This document shows, one piece after another, positions 45,262-53,889 of a DNA stretch of 64,000 bases. Numbering within the stretch: position 1 is the first letter of the stretch; each line of letters opens with the position of its first letter. Position numbers and translations under genes: made by a program. The stretch is taken from positions 274,412-338,411 of the forward strand of contig DAOPPX010000001.1 of assembly GCA_035358715.1 (NCBI GenBank), written 5' to 3'. The notes beneath the pieces are model-generated. The model ran no database searches, was not told the DNA's origin, and saw only the letters and a list, made by a program, of their open reading frames with translations. Source of the stretch: Verrucomicrobiota bacterium (GTDB lineage Bacteria; Verrucomicrobiota; Verrucomicrobiia; Limisphaerales; UBA8199).

Positions 45262-46911
45262 TCAGGACGAGCCAAGATTGAAATCTTCCAGCCTGACCCC
45301 AAAGTGCTCTTTGAAGCCGCGATCAGCCCATGGTCTGCAGAATTCAGCAGTATAGAGGGGGTGCATCCAGGTGAAATCGAGGTTGTAGGGCCCATCCTCG
45401 ATAATCCACTGCCTGATCAGGTCATACAGCAGGACCCAGTAGTAGAAGGAGTTGAACGTATCGTAGAGGTTCTTTTCTGAAGCCCCCTCGTAGAGCGCCG
45501 GGCGAATCTCGCCGTTGGGATGGACCAGAAACGGCGGCTGGTGCTTGTTAAAGATCCCGAGCGATTCCTGCAGGTTGACGTTGGCCCCCTTGCGCTCGGC
45601 GAGATACATCGCCGGCCAGCAAAAGAACTCCGGCCTGCGAACCCGCTGCTCGGCGAATCGGAGGTGCTTCGCAAAGCACACCCTGAGCGGCAGGTTCTCG
45701 TCTGAAAAACTGAAGGAGCTCTCCTGCTCCAGAAGTTCGGCAAAGCCGGGGGTCCGCGACGCCCACCTCATCAGCTCACTGGCGATTACCGCCGGCGTCT
45801 CGCAGGCGATCGACTTGCACAGGGCCGTGGCGATCTCCAGATACGCGTTCGCGTCGCATTTTTCGACTGCACCCCGCAAGGTCGGTTGCTGTGCTATTTG
45901 GGTGCAGAACCAGGAGAACCGTATACCCGGATCCACTGACTCTATGAGCGATTCAAAATGCCGGATGTCGAACGGGTAGCCATCGCTCGGATTTAGGGCC
46001 AGGTCGCAAACGAGGAGAAAGAGTAATACCTCTGCGGAAACCGGGGTCGCAGGCCACCCCCAGCCCGTGAGCCGCAGAAACTTCTCGAATGCTTCGACGT
46101 AAACCCCGCCGAGCATGCCCAGGCTCCGGAACTCGTTCCACGAGAGGTTGGGCGTCGTTGCGAGGTGGAGATACTGCAGTTGGCTGAATCGGGCCTGCCC
46201 CTCGAATATCTGATAAGCTCCGATGTCTGTGGTGCGGACCGTCGAGCCGTAGCAATACCCGTCCACGCGCCGGTCGCGCAAGTCGGCAGCAGGGTCCTCC
46301 CAGGACTTCGGGTGAGGGACGCACCCATGGTCGGGGTCAAACGTGGCCCCGAGCAGCAAGAGCAGGTTCGCCAGCCCGATAATGATAGAATGCCCCTGCG
46401 ATTCGAAGTAAGGGCTCCCCAATACGTCCGACAGGACCATAGGATTCATCAGGATGCGGCGGTTGAACTCCAGGTCGTACCAGTTGTTCACGATTCGGTT
46501 GAGGCAAGCCTCAACGTCGGTGCCATACCTCCGCGGAGGGCCTTGGGTTAGACACTTAACCGGCTTTTGTGGGCCGACGTTCTGCAGCGCGAATTGAAGG
46601 TGCTTGTAATTGATGTGGCACTGTATGGGGGGAGACAGGGAGAGGAGTAACCCCGTTGTGCTACCGATGTGCTGCCACCAATGCAGGGTCTCATGAAAGT
46701 AGGTCGAGAAGGCATCAACTAGGCCGTAATCCCGAGAGCTCGAGATCCCGCCCGGATGTTGCTCAAGCCGTTCGTGCATGTCTTGGCGCAGGCGCACCAC
46801 GAAACGGAACGGATGATAACTGCCACGGCTCCGGTTCGCGGAACTGCTATCAGGGACTGCCCATCCCAACCGTTCGGCGGATTGAAGGCCCTCACCCCTA
46901 GCCAGTTTCAT
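45262..46911 (-). CDS. large hypothetical protein with HExxH motif (549 aa)
   Basis: STYFHETLHWWQHIGSTTG (codons at about 46681-46695). No other family recognised. Confidence 0.7.
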   Translation of the reverse strand: MKLARGEGLQSAERLGWAVPDSSSANRSRGSYHPFRFVVRLRQDMHERLEQHPGGISSSRDYGLVDAFSTYFHETLHWWQHIGSTTGLLLSLSPPIQCHINYKHLQFALQNVGPQKPVKCLTQGPPRRYGTDVEACLNRIVNNWYDLEFNRRILMNPMVLSDVLGSPYFESQGHSIIIGLANLLLLLGATFDPDHGCVPHPKSWEDPAADLRDRRVDGYCYGSTVRTTDIGAYQIFEGQARFSQLQYLHLATTPNLSWNEFRSLGMLGGVYVEAFEKFLRLTGWGWPATPVSAEVLLFLLVCDLALNPSDGYPFDIRHFESLIESVDPGIRFSWFCTQIAQQPTLRGAVEKCDANAYLEIATALCKSIACETPAVIASELMRWASRTPGFAELLEQESSFSFSDENLPLRVCFAKHLRFAEQRVRRPEFFCWPAMYLAERKGANVNLQESLGIFNKHQPPFLVHPNGEIRPALYEGASEKNLYDTFNSFYYWVLLYDLIRQWIIEDGPYNLDFTWMHPLYTAEFCRPWADRGFKEHFGVRLEDFNLGSS

Positions 46912-46956
46912 TAGCTTTTGGAATAATCACAGTCGGTTCGCGCACGGTCGCAATTC

Positions 46957-47931
46957 TCAGGTTGTCGCCCGCTTCGCCCTGAGTTTTCCAATGCGCCCTT
47001 CCGACAAAACCGTGTCGTATCGGTGAATGAACTCCAACTGCTTCGCGAGGTTTCCAGAGTAGGTTTTCGTCCAGGGGCCCACCGCTTCGATGACCGCGTT
47101 ATAAAGGGCCTCGAAAGAGAACATTTTCGTCCCGCTACCCCCATCGACGCGAATTTTCTGGGAAGTGGGATCGAAATGGAAAGAAAGTGGAGGTGTCTTG
47201 CCCGCCAACACTTTTCGGGAGTGCGGGTTCGTCATGTGCAAAAGGGAATTCCTTAGCTCCCACAACTCATCCGGGGTCACGCCGACCGCAGCGAGGACCG
47301 CATACTTGGAAAGCCAGGTCACAAAGTTCCCCGCGACATCCCCGAGGTCCAGATAGGCCGCCGAATCAACGAAGGACATGAGGAGCTTCATCGCCGAAAC
47401 GTAATACCGGTGCGCGTAAAGAAGCTTGATGGCTTCGATAAAGTCGTCTCCGAGCAGATCGTCGACATTCAAGCCAGCCGGCGTGAGGTACGCAGACAGA
47501 TAATCGACCCTGCTTACGAGGCCACCAAATTGCCTCGAAAGCACCACCTGAGCAGACTGCGGATCAGCGCAAACCAAGTCCTCGTTCTGCGGCTTTCCGT
47601 CCACGATAATCGTGGTGCAAAATATCGGGTTCTGCGAGGCCTGAACGGCCTCCAGGGGTTCCGCAAAAATATGAAGGGGCTTCCCCGTTCGCGCTAGGTA
47701 CCAGTATGCCTCTAGGGGCAGGCCCTGCGTCGCCGCAATCCCGAGCCAAGCCTTGATATTGGCGACGGGAACGGGATAACGCGGCGCCTTGGTGAAATCT
47801 GCATCAACTCGGCTCTTCAGAGCCGCGATAATTTGGTCGTCGCTGCCCTCCAACTCATGTGCGACGACACCAAGCTCTTTGACGGTGTCGTTTTCCACAT
47901 ACAGGAACAGGTTGACGGCCCTTTCGCTCAT
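46957..47931 (-). CDS. protein with C-terminal HEPN-like domain (Rx4H motif)
   Basis: ELRNSLLHM (R..H codons at 47236-47253) preceded by long helices FIEAIKLLYAHRYYVSAMKLLMSFVDSAAYL. The open frame continues upstream to 48009. See the frameshift finding. Confidence 0.6.
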   Translation of the reverse strand: MSERAVNLFLYVENDTVKELGVVAHELEGSDDQIIAALKSRVDADFTKAPRYPVPVANIKAWLGIAATQGLPLEAYWYLARTGKPLHIFAEPLEAVQASQNPIFCTTIIVDGKPQNEDLVCADPQSAQVVLSRQFGGLVSRVDYLSAYLTPAGLNVDDLLGDDFIEAIKLLYAHRYYVSAMKLLMSFVDSAAYLDLGDVAGNFVTWLSKYAVLAAVGVTPDELWELRNSLLHMTNPHSRKVLAGKTPPLSFHFDPTSQKIRVDGGSGTKMFSFEALYNAVIEAVGPWTKTYSGNLAKQLEFIHRYDTVLSEGRIGKLRAKRATT

Positions 47932-47969
47932 GGAAGTAGTTAAGGGGACCGCCGAAAGTTCGGCAAGTG

Positions 47970-48164
47970 TCAACTGGGCCCTTTGGGAATGTAGCCAATA
48001 CTTCCCCAATAGGAGATGCCGCCTCTAATTCTCTCGACCTTTAGCAATTGTTCCCACTCCACCTGATCCACAGTTGAGATTCGTCCATTGACGAGTGTGT
48101 TGATAGCGGAATCCGCAACCATTGCGATTCCTGCTTCAGATAAATCTGCAAGTAATAAGGACAT
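47970..48164 (-). CDS. 64-aa ORF, possibly the displaced N-terminus of the HEPN-like gene
   Basis: ATG start, MSLLLADLSEAGIAMVADSAINT..GGISYWGSIGYIPKGPS*. It overlaps the 5' part of the downstream open frame by 40 nt in another frame. Confidence 0.35.
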   Translation of the reverse strand: MSLLLADLSEAGIAMVADSAINTLVNGRISTVDQVEWEQLLKVERIRGGISYWGSIGYIPKGPS

Positions 48165-48280
48165 ACAATTTGCCGCTTTCCGGTGACAAAAGCAAAAAAG
48201 CGTTGCGTCTCGGAGTCAAGAGCGCGATGAGCCGATACAGCTCAGGTCGCGGCCATTTTCGTGACCGATATTATACTACC

Positions 48281-48300
48281 GGCGGGGTATTATTCCCGCC
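48281..48300 (-). terminator. hairpin downstream of the caspase-helicase gene, followed by a TATAAT box (48270-48275, minus strand)
   Basis: GGCGGG-8 nt-CCCGCC. There is no U-tract, so the terminator function is uncertain. Confidence 0.3.
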
Positions 48301-48461
48301 AGTTTACGGGCTGAATTATGGGCATCGGAGAAGCATTTTACCAGGTCTGCAGGAACCTTGCCATCAGCAACAGGGCGTCGATCTCGGTATCGCCACAAGG
48401 GCATGTCCCACGAGCTTGAAAAATCGAAAAATCAACGTTCTCAAGCTACCACAGGCAACTT

Positions 48462-51400
48462 TCATTGAGGATCCGGCGGTGTCGGCATCGGCAAAGCATC
48501 ACTAAGTGCGGGCCTGGCTGCCTTAAGCTTGTCGATTGCGTGTCTCACAAGCTGCCTTTTCGCGTCACTATTTATAACACGAACAAACGCTTCATCATCA
48601 AGCCCCTCGAAAGCCTCCACCGTTGTTAAGCCCGCACGCTTGAGAGCCAGATAATCTCCACGCTCTAATCCCCGCTTCACCTGTCTTGCCAAGTAAATCA
48701 TGTCACTGTGAATACCCAATTCCAGCCGCGTATTGAGATCATCAAGCTCACAGCTCGATCCGCGACCGTCGCTCGAAACCAGCGTACCGATCCGAGCTAC
48801 GACCTCGATGAGATCGCGGGTGCGCTCAGCTGAAGCGCGAATCGGACCGGCGGCATTATCTGCTGGCAGATGCTGCAGGAGCGAAGCCTCCATACGATTT
48901 AGTTCAACCCCTTCAATCCACATCAAAACCGCGGAGAGGCGCTTGCATCGTGCCGTATGGCTCGGATCGTCGGTCGCCGCAAATTCCACAAGAAGCGAAT
49001 AGGGCAAGCGTTGCTCCTGGATCGCCCCCTGCCACCGCTGACGTTCCTTAATCGATTTCTTATGAACGGGGAAAATGACGTCGTCCAACTCCACCGTCAC
49101 CTGTGCAGCCGCGAGGAGGACTCTTTCAACAAGCTCAGCGCTGGGCAGACCACGGAGCGCTCGTGCGACTCGTGTCACGCTTTCCACTTGGATACCAAGC
49201 TCACCGGCCACTTTACCGAGCTGAGTCAGCCGATAGCGGCCTTCGACTTGCTCCACAAGCCCCGCTCCACCTAACTGCGCGACCGCGCTTGAGATTGCCT
49301 GAACACTGAAGGCCTGGCCCTGCTGGTGGTGCGCGAATGTCGATTGGATGAAATCGACGAGCTCCTGCTCGGAAAGACTATTCACCTTCGAGGCACTTGC
49401 GGTCGCGAGCACTCGGCAAATAAGGGAGAGGGGATCATGGTCCGAAAAGCGCGAGACCAGCGCCTCAGGTTTTCCCGCCACATAGTTCGTCCACAGCTGG
49501 TAAGCATCGGACGGGGTCGGAGCAATCAAGAAGGATTTGCCTTTCGGCGTAAAGCCAAGCCGGCCGGCGCGCCCAACCATGTTTTTGTATTCGGCCACGC
49601 TATACGGCGAGTCAGGATGCTCCAGGCCAGCAATCACCACCGACCAGGCCGGAGTATTGACCCCCATGGCAAGCGTCGTCGTCGCCACCAGCACTTTGAG
49701 AGAGCTGTTCGGATCCCTGAACGTGGCCTCGATTGCTTGTCGTTCTTCGCGGTCAAGATCCGCATTATGGAAGGCAACACCGTGCTGCAAACATCCGCGC
49801 AACTGCGTCGAGGCGACAGATGGATCACCTGCGGGGAGTTGAGCCAAGGTTTCGGTCGCCGCATGAAGGCCTAAACTGTTCTTCAAATATTCCGCAGTTG
49901 CTCGGACAATCGGTTTCGTTTCTCGAAACACGATGACCTTCTCCCCCGCGCCTACAAGCTGCCGCACCAACGGGATGATGATGTCTTGCGATGTGCCCTT
50001 GCGGAATTCCGGGCGCACGTAATTATTGAGCTGCTGCTCTGTGCCATCTGCCGCGATGTAACGGAACGTCCCGCTCATATCGAGCAGACCCTCTTCCAGC
50101 GGAACCGGGCGTTTCTCACTGCGCAACAGCCGGGCATCCAGCCAGGACTCAAAACCGTTGGTGTCCCCGATAACGGCGGAAAGCGCGATTATCTGCGGTT
50201 CGACACCCAACATTCTTTGCGACTTCAATAGCGTGAGCAGAAATTCAAGATTGGCTCCGCGGTTCAGGTCCGTGATCATCTGCACTTCGTCGACCACCAC
50301 GACGCCAACCTGGCGCATGATATGTGGTGCGACCAGCGCGAGCGCAGCAAACCGTTCGTACGTCAGCAACGCGATATCGAACTTACCACGGAGCAGCGCA
50401 TTGTTGTCGTCGGAAATCTCGCCGGTAGATCGGATGATACGCACACCGAACGGCCCATATTTTGACGTGAACTCAGCGTACTTATCGTTCACGAGCGCCC
50501 GCAGCGGCAACAGTATGTAGCTGCGTTCCCCTTTCAGGTTACGGTACAACGCTGCCAATTCGCCGATCATCGTCTTTCCCGATGACGTTGGCGCAGACAC
50601 AACGAGATGCTGACCTTCAAACAAGCCCGCCTTGTTGATGGCCTCCTGCTGCAATTCGTTGAGGGACGGAATCGCACCACTCCAAATACCGATCAATGGC
50701 TGGGGAAACCCAAATCCGGTAAGATCCTTGATGTTCGAGCTGACGGAAATTGGAGCTGGGTCGGGGAAAAACCGTCTAAAAATCGCGCCTGGGATCAACA
50801 CTGGAAACAGCAACTCGCCTTCAATCACGCCCTTTACGGTTGGCTCTTGTTCGTGGCGAATCTGACGAGCGGCGTTTACCACCGACCGGGTCACGAACTC
50901 AATCAATGATAAGAGCGGAATCTTGCCAGCCTTGACGATTTCCGGGGCACCTTTGAACGCCTGACATATAAAGAAGGTAAACAAGCTGTGCCCGCGGCGC
51001 CGATCTTCCATTGCTTCCTGCTTCGCTGTGGCAGCGGTGAAAATGAGGCGTCCCTTGCCGCTAATCTTACTCAGCAAGGCATCCGCCGAAGCCGTATCCT
51101 TCGTGGCCGTAGGAGCATGGAAGACCTTGGCGCCAGCCCCCCCGGCGAAGCAACAGTCCAAGAGGAGCACGAGATTTGACACGGGAATACGCGAAAAAAG
51201 ATTCGTGAGTTCATCCAGATGAATTGTGGTTGAATCGAGTGCGAGCGGGTCGGCTTCGTGTGAGATGAGGTGATGGGAGTCCGAGCCATGGCCAGAAAAC
51301 CCAATCACAACGATATCATCCGGTTTTGCTTCTTGAAGCTCCACAAGTGCCTTGAGAATCGCCGATTTGGTAGCCTGCTCGTTTGTAAGAAGAACGGATT

Positions 51401-51527
51401 CCGAGCTGCCAAATGCGTCACAAAAAAGTCCGTGGAGTGCCTGGGCGTCGCGAACCGAACACGAGAGGTTTGAAATTAGCGGGGATCGATACCGATCAAT
51501 GCCGATGAATAGGCTTTTGAATGACAT
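48462..51527 (-). CDS. caspase-like (peptidase C14) domain fused to a Hel308/Ski2-type DEAD/DEAH helicase
   Basis: From ATG 51527. Caspase His/Cys dyad IGFSGHG (His80) and LLLDCCFAGG (Cys125/126). Helicase motifs VVSAPTSSGKT, VVVDEVQMI, LVATTTLAMGVNTPA, MVGRAGRLG. C-terminal WH/ratchet/HhH-like region. An alternative TTG start at 51566 lies 1 nt after the ImmA stop. Confidence 0.85.
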   Translation of the reverse strand: MSFKSLFIGIDRYRSPLISNLSCSVRDAQALHGLFCDAFGSSESVLLTNEQATKSAILKALVELQEAKPDDIVVIGFSGHGSDSHHLISHEADPLALDSTTIHLDELTNLFSRIPVSNLVLLLDCCFAGGAGAKVFHAPTATKDTASADALLSKISGKGRLIFTAATAKQEAMEDRRRGHSLFTFFICQAFKGAPEIVKAGKIPLLSLIEFVTRSVVNAARQIRHEQEPTVKGVIEGELLFPVLIPGAIFRRFFPDPAPISVSSNIKDLTGFGFPQPLIGIWSGAIPSLNELQQEAINKAGLFEGQHLVVSAPTSSGKTMIGELAALYRNLKGERSYILLPLRALVNDKYAEFTSKYGPFGVRIIRSTGEISDDNNALLRGKFDIALLTYERFAALALVAPHIMRQVGVVVVDEVQMITDLNRGANLEFLLTLLKSQRMLGVEPQIIALSAVIGDTNGFESWLDARLLRSEKRPVPLEEGLLDMSGTFRYIAADGTEQQLNNYVRPEFRKGTSQDIIIPLVRQLVGAGEKVIVFRETKPIVRATAEYLKNSLGLHAATETLAQLPAGDPSVASTQLRGCLQHGVAFHNADLDREERQAIEATFRDPNSSLKVLVATTTLAMGVNTPAWSVVIAGLEHPDSPYSVAEYKNMVGRAGRLGFTPKGKSFLIAPTPSDAYQLWTNYVAGKPEALVSRFSDHDPLSLICRVLATASASKVNSLSEQELVDFIQSTFAHHQQGQAFSVQAISSAVAQLGGAGLVEQVEGRYRLTQLGKVAGELGIQVESVTRVARALRGLPSAELVERVLLAAAQVTVELDDVIFPVHKKSIKERQRWQGAIQEQRLPYSLLVEFAATDDPSHTARCKRLSAVLMWIEGVELNRMEASLLQHLPADNAAGPIRASAERTRDLIEVVARIGTLVSSDGRGSSCELDDLNTRLELGIHSDMIYLARQVKRGLERGDYLALKRAGLTTVEAFEGLDDEAFVRVINSDAKRQLVRHAIDKLKAARPALSDALPMPTPPDPQ

Positions 51528-51567
51528 TTGTCGCTGCTGATTCTCGTGGGGTTTGCAGAAATTCAAG

Positions 51568-52503
51568 TCAGATTGCGATGACGGGCACCGTTACAGCCCG
51601 TTTCCCAAGGTGCCTTGCAAATGTGAGGGCTTCATGGCCGTTGAAAAAGGTTTCAAAGGCGAAGACGTGCTCGTCTCCATTGTCATCGGCTAGAACGATC
51701 TCGCTTTCGCCCAAGGGCCCACCTCTTTGAGATCCACAGTATGAAACGATGCAGTCGAAAATCTCGTGCTCGCTCGCTTGGCCGAACCGAGCGGCGAAAG
51801 CCTCGGATTGAATAAAATGACGACAGGGATTCGCCCCATCGAAATCGTCTGGCCGGCGACGGATGTGAGGATGGTCGGAAATGACGCCTAACAGGGGTTG
51901 CTCGGAACCGAGAAGCTCAACTGCGCGCCAGAGGGTGCAAGTTTGGGTGTTACCAAAGGATTTCGCATACTTTTGCAGAGTCCGAAAACCCAGCGGCGAA
52001 CTCCGAGCCTCCTCGACGAATCGGTCGCGCAGAAAAATTAGCTGACCGGCACCATAGTTGGCTTCAGTTTCGATTTTCGCCCGACAGGAGGCGGTTGGGG
52101 TTATCTCATTGTCGCCCAGCAGGACTGGGTGGTGCCAGAGGAGCAATTGGTGGATGGTTTCGTGTGCCTCAAGCCAGCGATGTTTCAGTTTAGGCACCTC
52201 CTCGTCGATCAGAATGCGTTTCAGATCCGGAGCACACAGCGCGCGGAGCTTAAATTTCTGTATGGCTTCGCGGATGAACATCGGACGGGCAAAGGATTGC
52301 ATCACGCCGACGCGGATCTTGTGGACAGCACGCGCCAGCAGACCGGCCTCTTCACGTTGAAAGTAGCCAAGATCAATTTTCAGCCAGTCACGCACCACCT
52401 CAATCCGAAGAGGCGGCTCCGGGCGACCAATATCATCGAGAAGGCGATCTACTCGGCGATCGATTTTCTGGCGGACGTGTGAAGCAAGAATGAGGCTTTT
52501 CAT
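51568..52503 (-). CDS. ImmA/IrrE-family (COG2856) zinc metallopeptidase
   Basis: HETIHQLLLWH (HExxH) and downstream ETEANYGAGQLIFL. ATGA overlap with the XRE gene. Confidence 0.85.
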   Translation of the reverse strand: MKSLILASHVRQKIDRRVDRLLDDIGRPEPPLRIEVVRDWLKIDLGYFQREEAGLLARAVHKIRVGVMQSFARPMFIREAIQKFKLRALCAPDLKRILIDEEVPKLKHRWLEAHETIHQLLLWHHPVLLGDNEITPTASCRAKIETEANYGAGQLIFLRDRFVEEARSSPLGFRTLQKYAKSFGNTQTCTLWRAVELLGSEQPLLGVISDHPHIRRRPDDFDGANPCRHFIQSEAFAARFGQASEHEIFDCIVSYCGSQRGGPLGESEIVLADDNGDEHVFAFETFFNGHEALTFARHLGKRAVTVPVIAI

Positions 52504-52979
52504 TCCTTGCCACGTTCATCGTCCAGGAGCGTGGCGATATAAGCCTCGAGCGCGTGCTGCTCTTCTGGGGAAAGCGGCCCGGTCGGTTTCGCATCGGTGG
52601 CAAAGCGGACAGCCTCTTTGTTTAGGGGAAGCTTTTTAGCAACGGCAAGACCGGCAGCCTGCATCATCTTTGTAACTGAAAGGCCAAAAACCTGAGCTAG
52701 CCCGTAGACCGTGCTCGGTTCGGGTTCGTGGTATGGGTCGTCTTCGATAGCTTGCAGTTCCTCGGTTGCCGCTTCAGCTCGTGCTGCGAGTTGTTCGATT
52801 GAAAGCCCCAGTTTCCTGCGTAACAGGAGGACAAGTCTTCCAAATGTGAGGTGGGTGAATACCGAGATCATCGGCGTGGCAGACTGAATGGCGGTGGGCG
52901 GACTGCCCGCACCAACTTCGCAGTCGCCTTCCAGTTTGGCTGCGCGGATGAACCAATCTTTGGGCAGGTTCAGTTTCAT
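52500..52979 (-). CDS. XRE-family helix-turn-helix regulator
   Basis: FGRLVLLLRRKLGLSIEQLAARAEAATEELQAIEDD..VYGLAQVFGLSV. ATGA overlap with the GNAT gene. Confidence 0.8.
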   Translation of the reverse strand: MKLNLPKDWFIRAAKLEGDCEVGAGSPPTAIQSATPMISVFTHLTFGRLVLLLRRKLGLSIEQLAARAEAATEELQAIEDDPYHEPEPSTVYGLAQVFGLSVTKMMQAAGLAVAKKLPLNKEAVRFATDAKPTGPLSPEEQHALEAYIATLLDDERGKE

Positions 52980-53578
52980 TTTGTCAGAGGTTTTGCGAGA
53001 AAGGCGTTTGCCTGCTCGCTGGTGAATTCATAATACGTTAGATTCTGTTTCTGTGGGTCGGGTCCGATGATTGTCATGCCGCAGTTCTTCTCATAAAATC
53101 TCCTTGCACCTGGGAGGGAGTGCAGGCCGATTCGCCCTTTGAAGCCCTCGTCGATGCTGAGCTGCACGGCAGCCGCTATTAATGTTCCGCCAACCGCCTT
53201 AAACCGCTTTGGTGTCTGAATCGCAGAACGATTCCAAGGGGCGACGGCAAGATAATCCACATACAGGACTGAACGGGTGCCTTTGTTGGAGAGGCTTGCA
53301 AGATCAACGAGCATGGCGCCCTGGAGGCCGCCTTCGCAGGTAATGCAAAAACCGCGCTGGCCAAACGTCTGATGCGCGTGAGAAAGTTTATCCCGCCAAT
53401 TCCAGTGCCAATCTTCCGGCCACCTGTCTCGCGGCGTGGTGCGCTTCACTTGCTCAACGACCGGCGCCCAGGTTGCTTCTAGTTGCTCCAAGTGCGGTTT
53501 GTCCAGGTCGTCCAGGAGCACTGCTTCGACGAGCGATTCGTCAGCGCCGCGGACGAGGTAAATGACTGACGCTTCCAT
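52976..53578 (-). CDS. GNAT-family acetyltransferase (toxin-like partner of the RHH gene)
   Basis: VLYVDYLAVAPWNR..RFKAVGGTLIAAAVQLSIDEGFKGRIGLHSLPGARRFYEKNCGM. This shows the GNAT beta4-alpha3 / AcCoA-loop pattern. Confidence 0.7.
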   Translation of the reverse strand: MEASVIYLVRGADESLVEAVLLDDLDKPHLEQLEATWAPVVEQVKRTTPRDRWPEDWHWNWRDKLSHAHQTFGQRGFCITCEGGLQGAMLVDLASLSNKGTRSVLYVDYLAVAPWNRSAIQTPKRFKAVGGTLIAAAVQLSIDEGFKGRIGLHSLPGARRFYEKNCGMTIIGPDPQKQNLTYYEFTSEQANAFLAKPLTK

Positions 53579-53582
53579 GGTT

Positions 53583-53795
53583 TCAGACGAGCATGAGCTC
53601 AGACTTAACTTTATTCACGTCGTCTTCGATGAAGAGCTTTTTCCCCTCGCGCATTCGCTGATCCACTAATTGGTAGAGGCGCAGGGCTTGTCGGATAATC
53701 GCGGTCTTGTTCAGATCCTTTTGGCCAGCGAGTGCCTCCAGCGCATCCATCTCAGCGTCGGTCAGGTTCAGTGTCATGGTGCGTTTAGTACTCAT
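53583..53795 (-). CDS. ribbon-helix-helix (CopG/Arc-type) protein
   Basis: MTLNLTDAEMDALEALAGQKDLNKTAIIRQALRLYQ gives a beta-strand plus two helices. 70 aa, 4 nt upstream of the GNAT gene. Confidence 0.75.
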   Translation of the reverse strand: MSTKRTMTLNLTDAEMDALEALAGQKDLNKTAIIRQALRLYQLVDQRMREGKKLFIEDDVNKVKSELMLV

Positions 53796-53805
53796 ATCTC
53801 AACAC

Positions 53806-53835
53806 AAAATAGCCACAAAACATATATGCAGTCAA
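53806..53835 (-). promoter_or_regulatory. sigma70-like promoter candidate for the RHH-led operon
   Basis: Minus strand reads TTGACT-18 nt-TATTTT, 10 nt before the ATG at 53795. The intergenic region is AT-rich. Confidence 0.4.
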
Positions 53836-53853
53836 CATATTTTAATTAAATAT

Positions 53854-53882
53854 TTGACGCATGGCCATTATTGGTATATTCT
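53854..53882 (+). promoter_or_regulatory. sigma70-like promoter candidate for the Bil-type operon
   Basis: TTGACG-15 nt-TATATT (or 17 nt-TATTCT), ending 8-10 nt before the ATG at 53890. Confidence 0.4.
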
Positions 53883-53889
53883 GTGGCCA

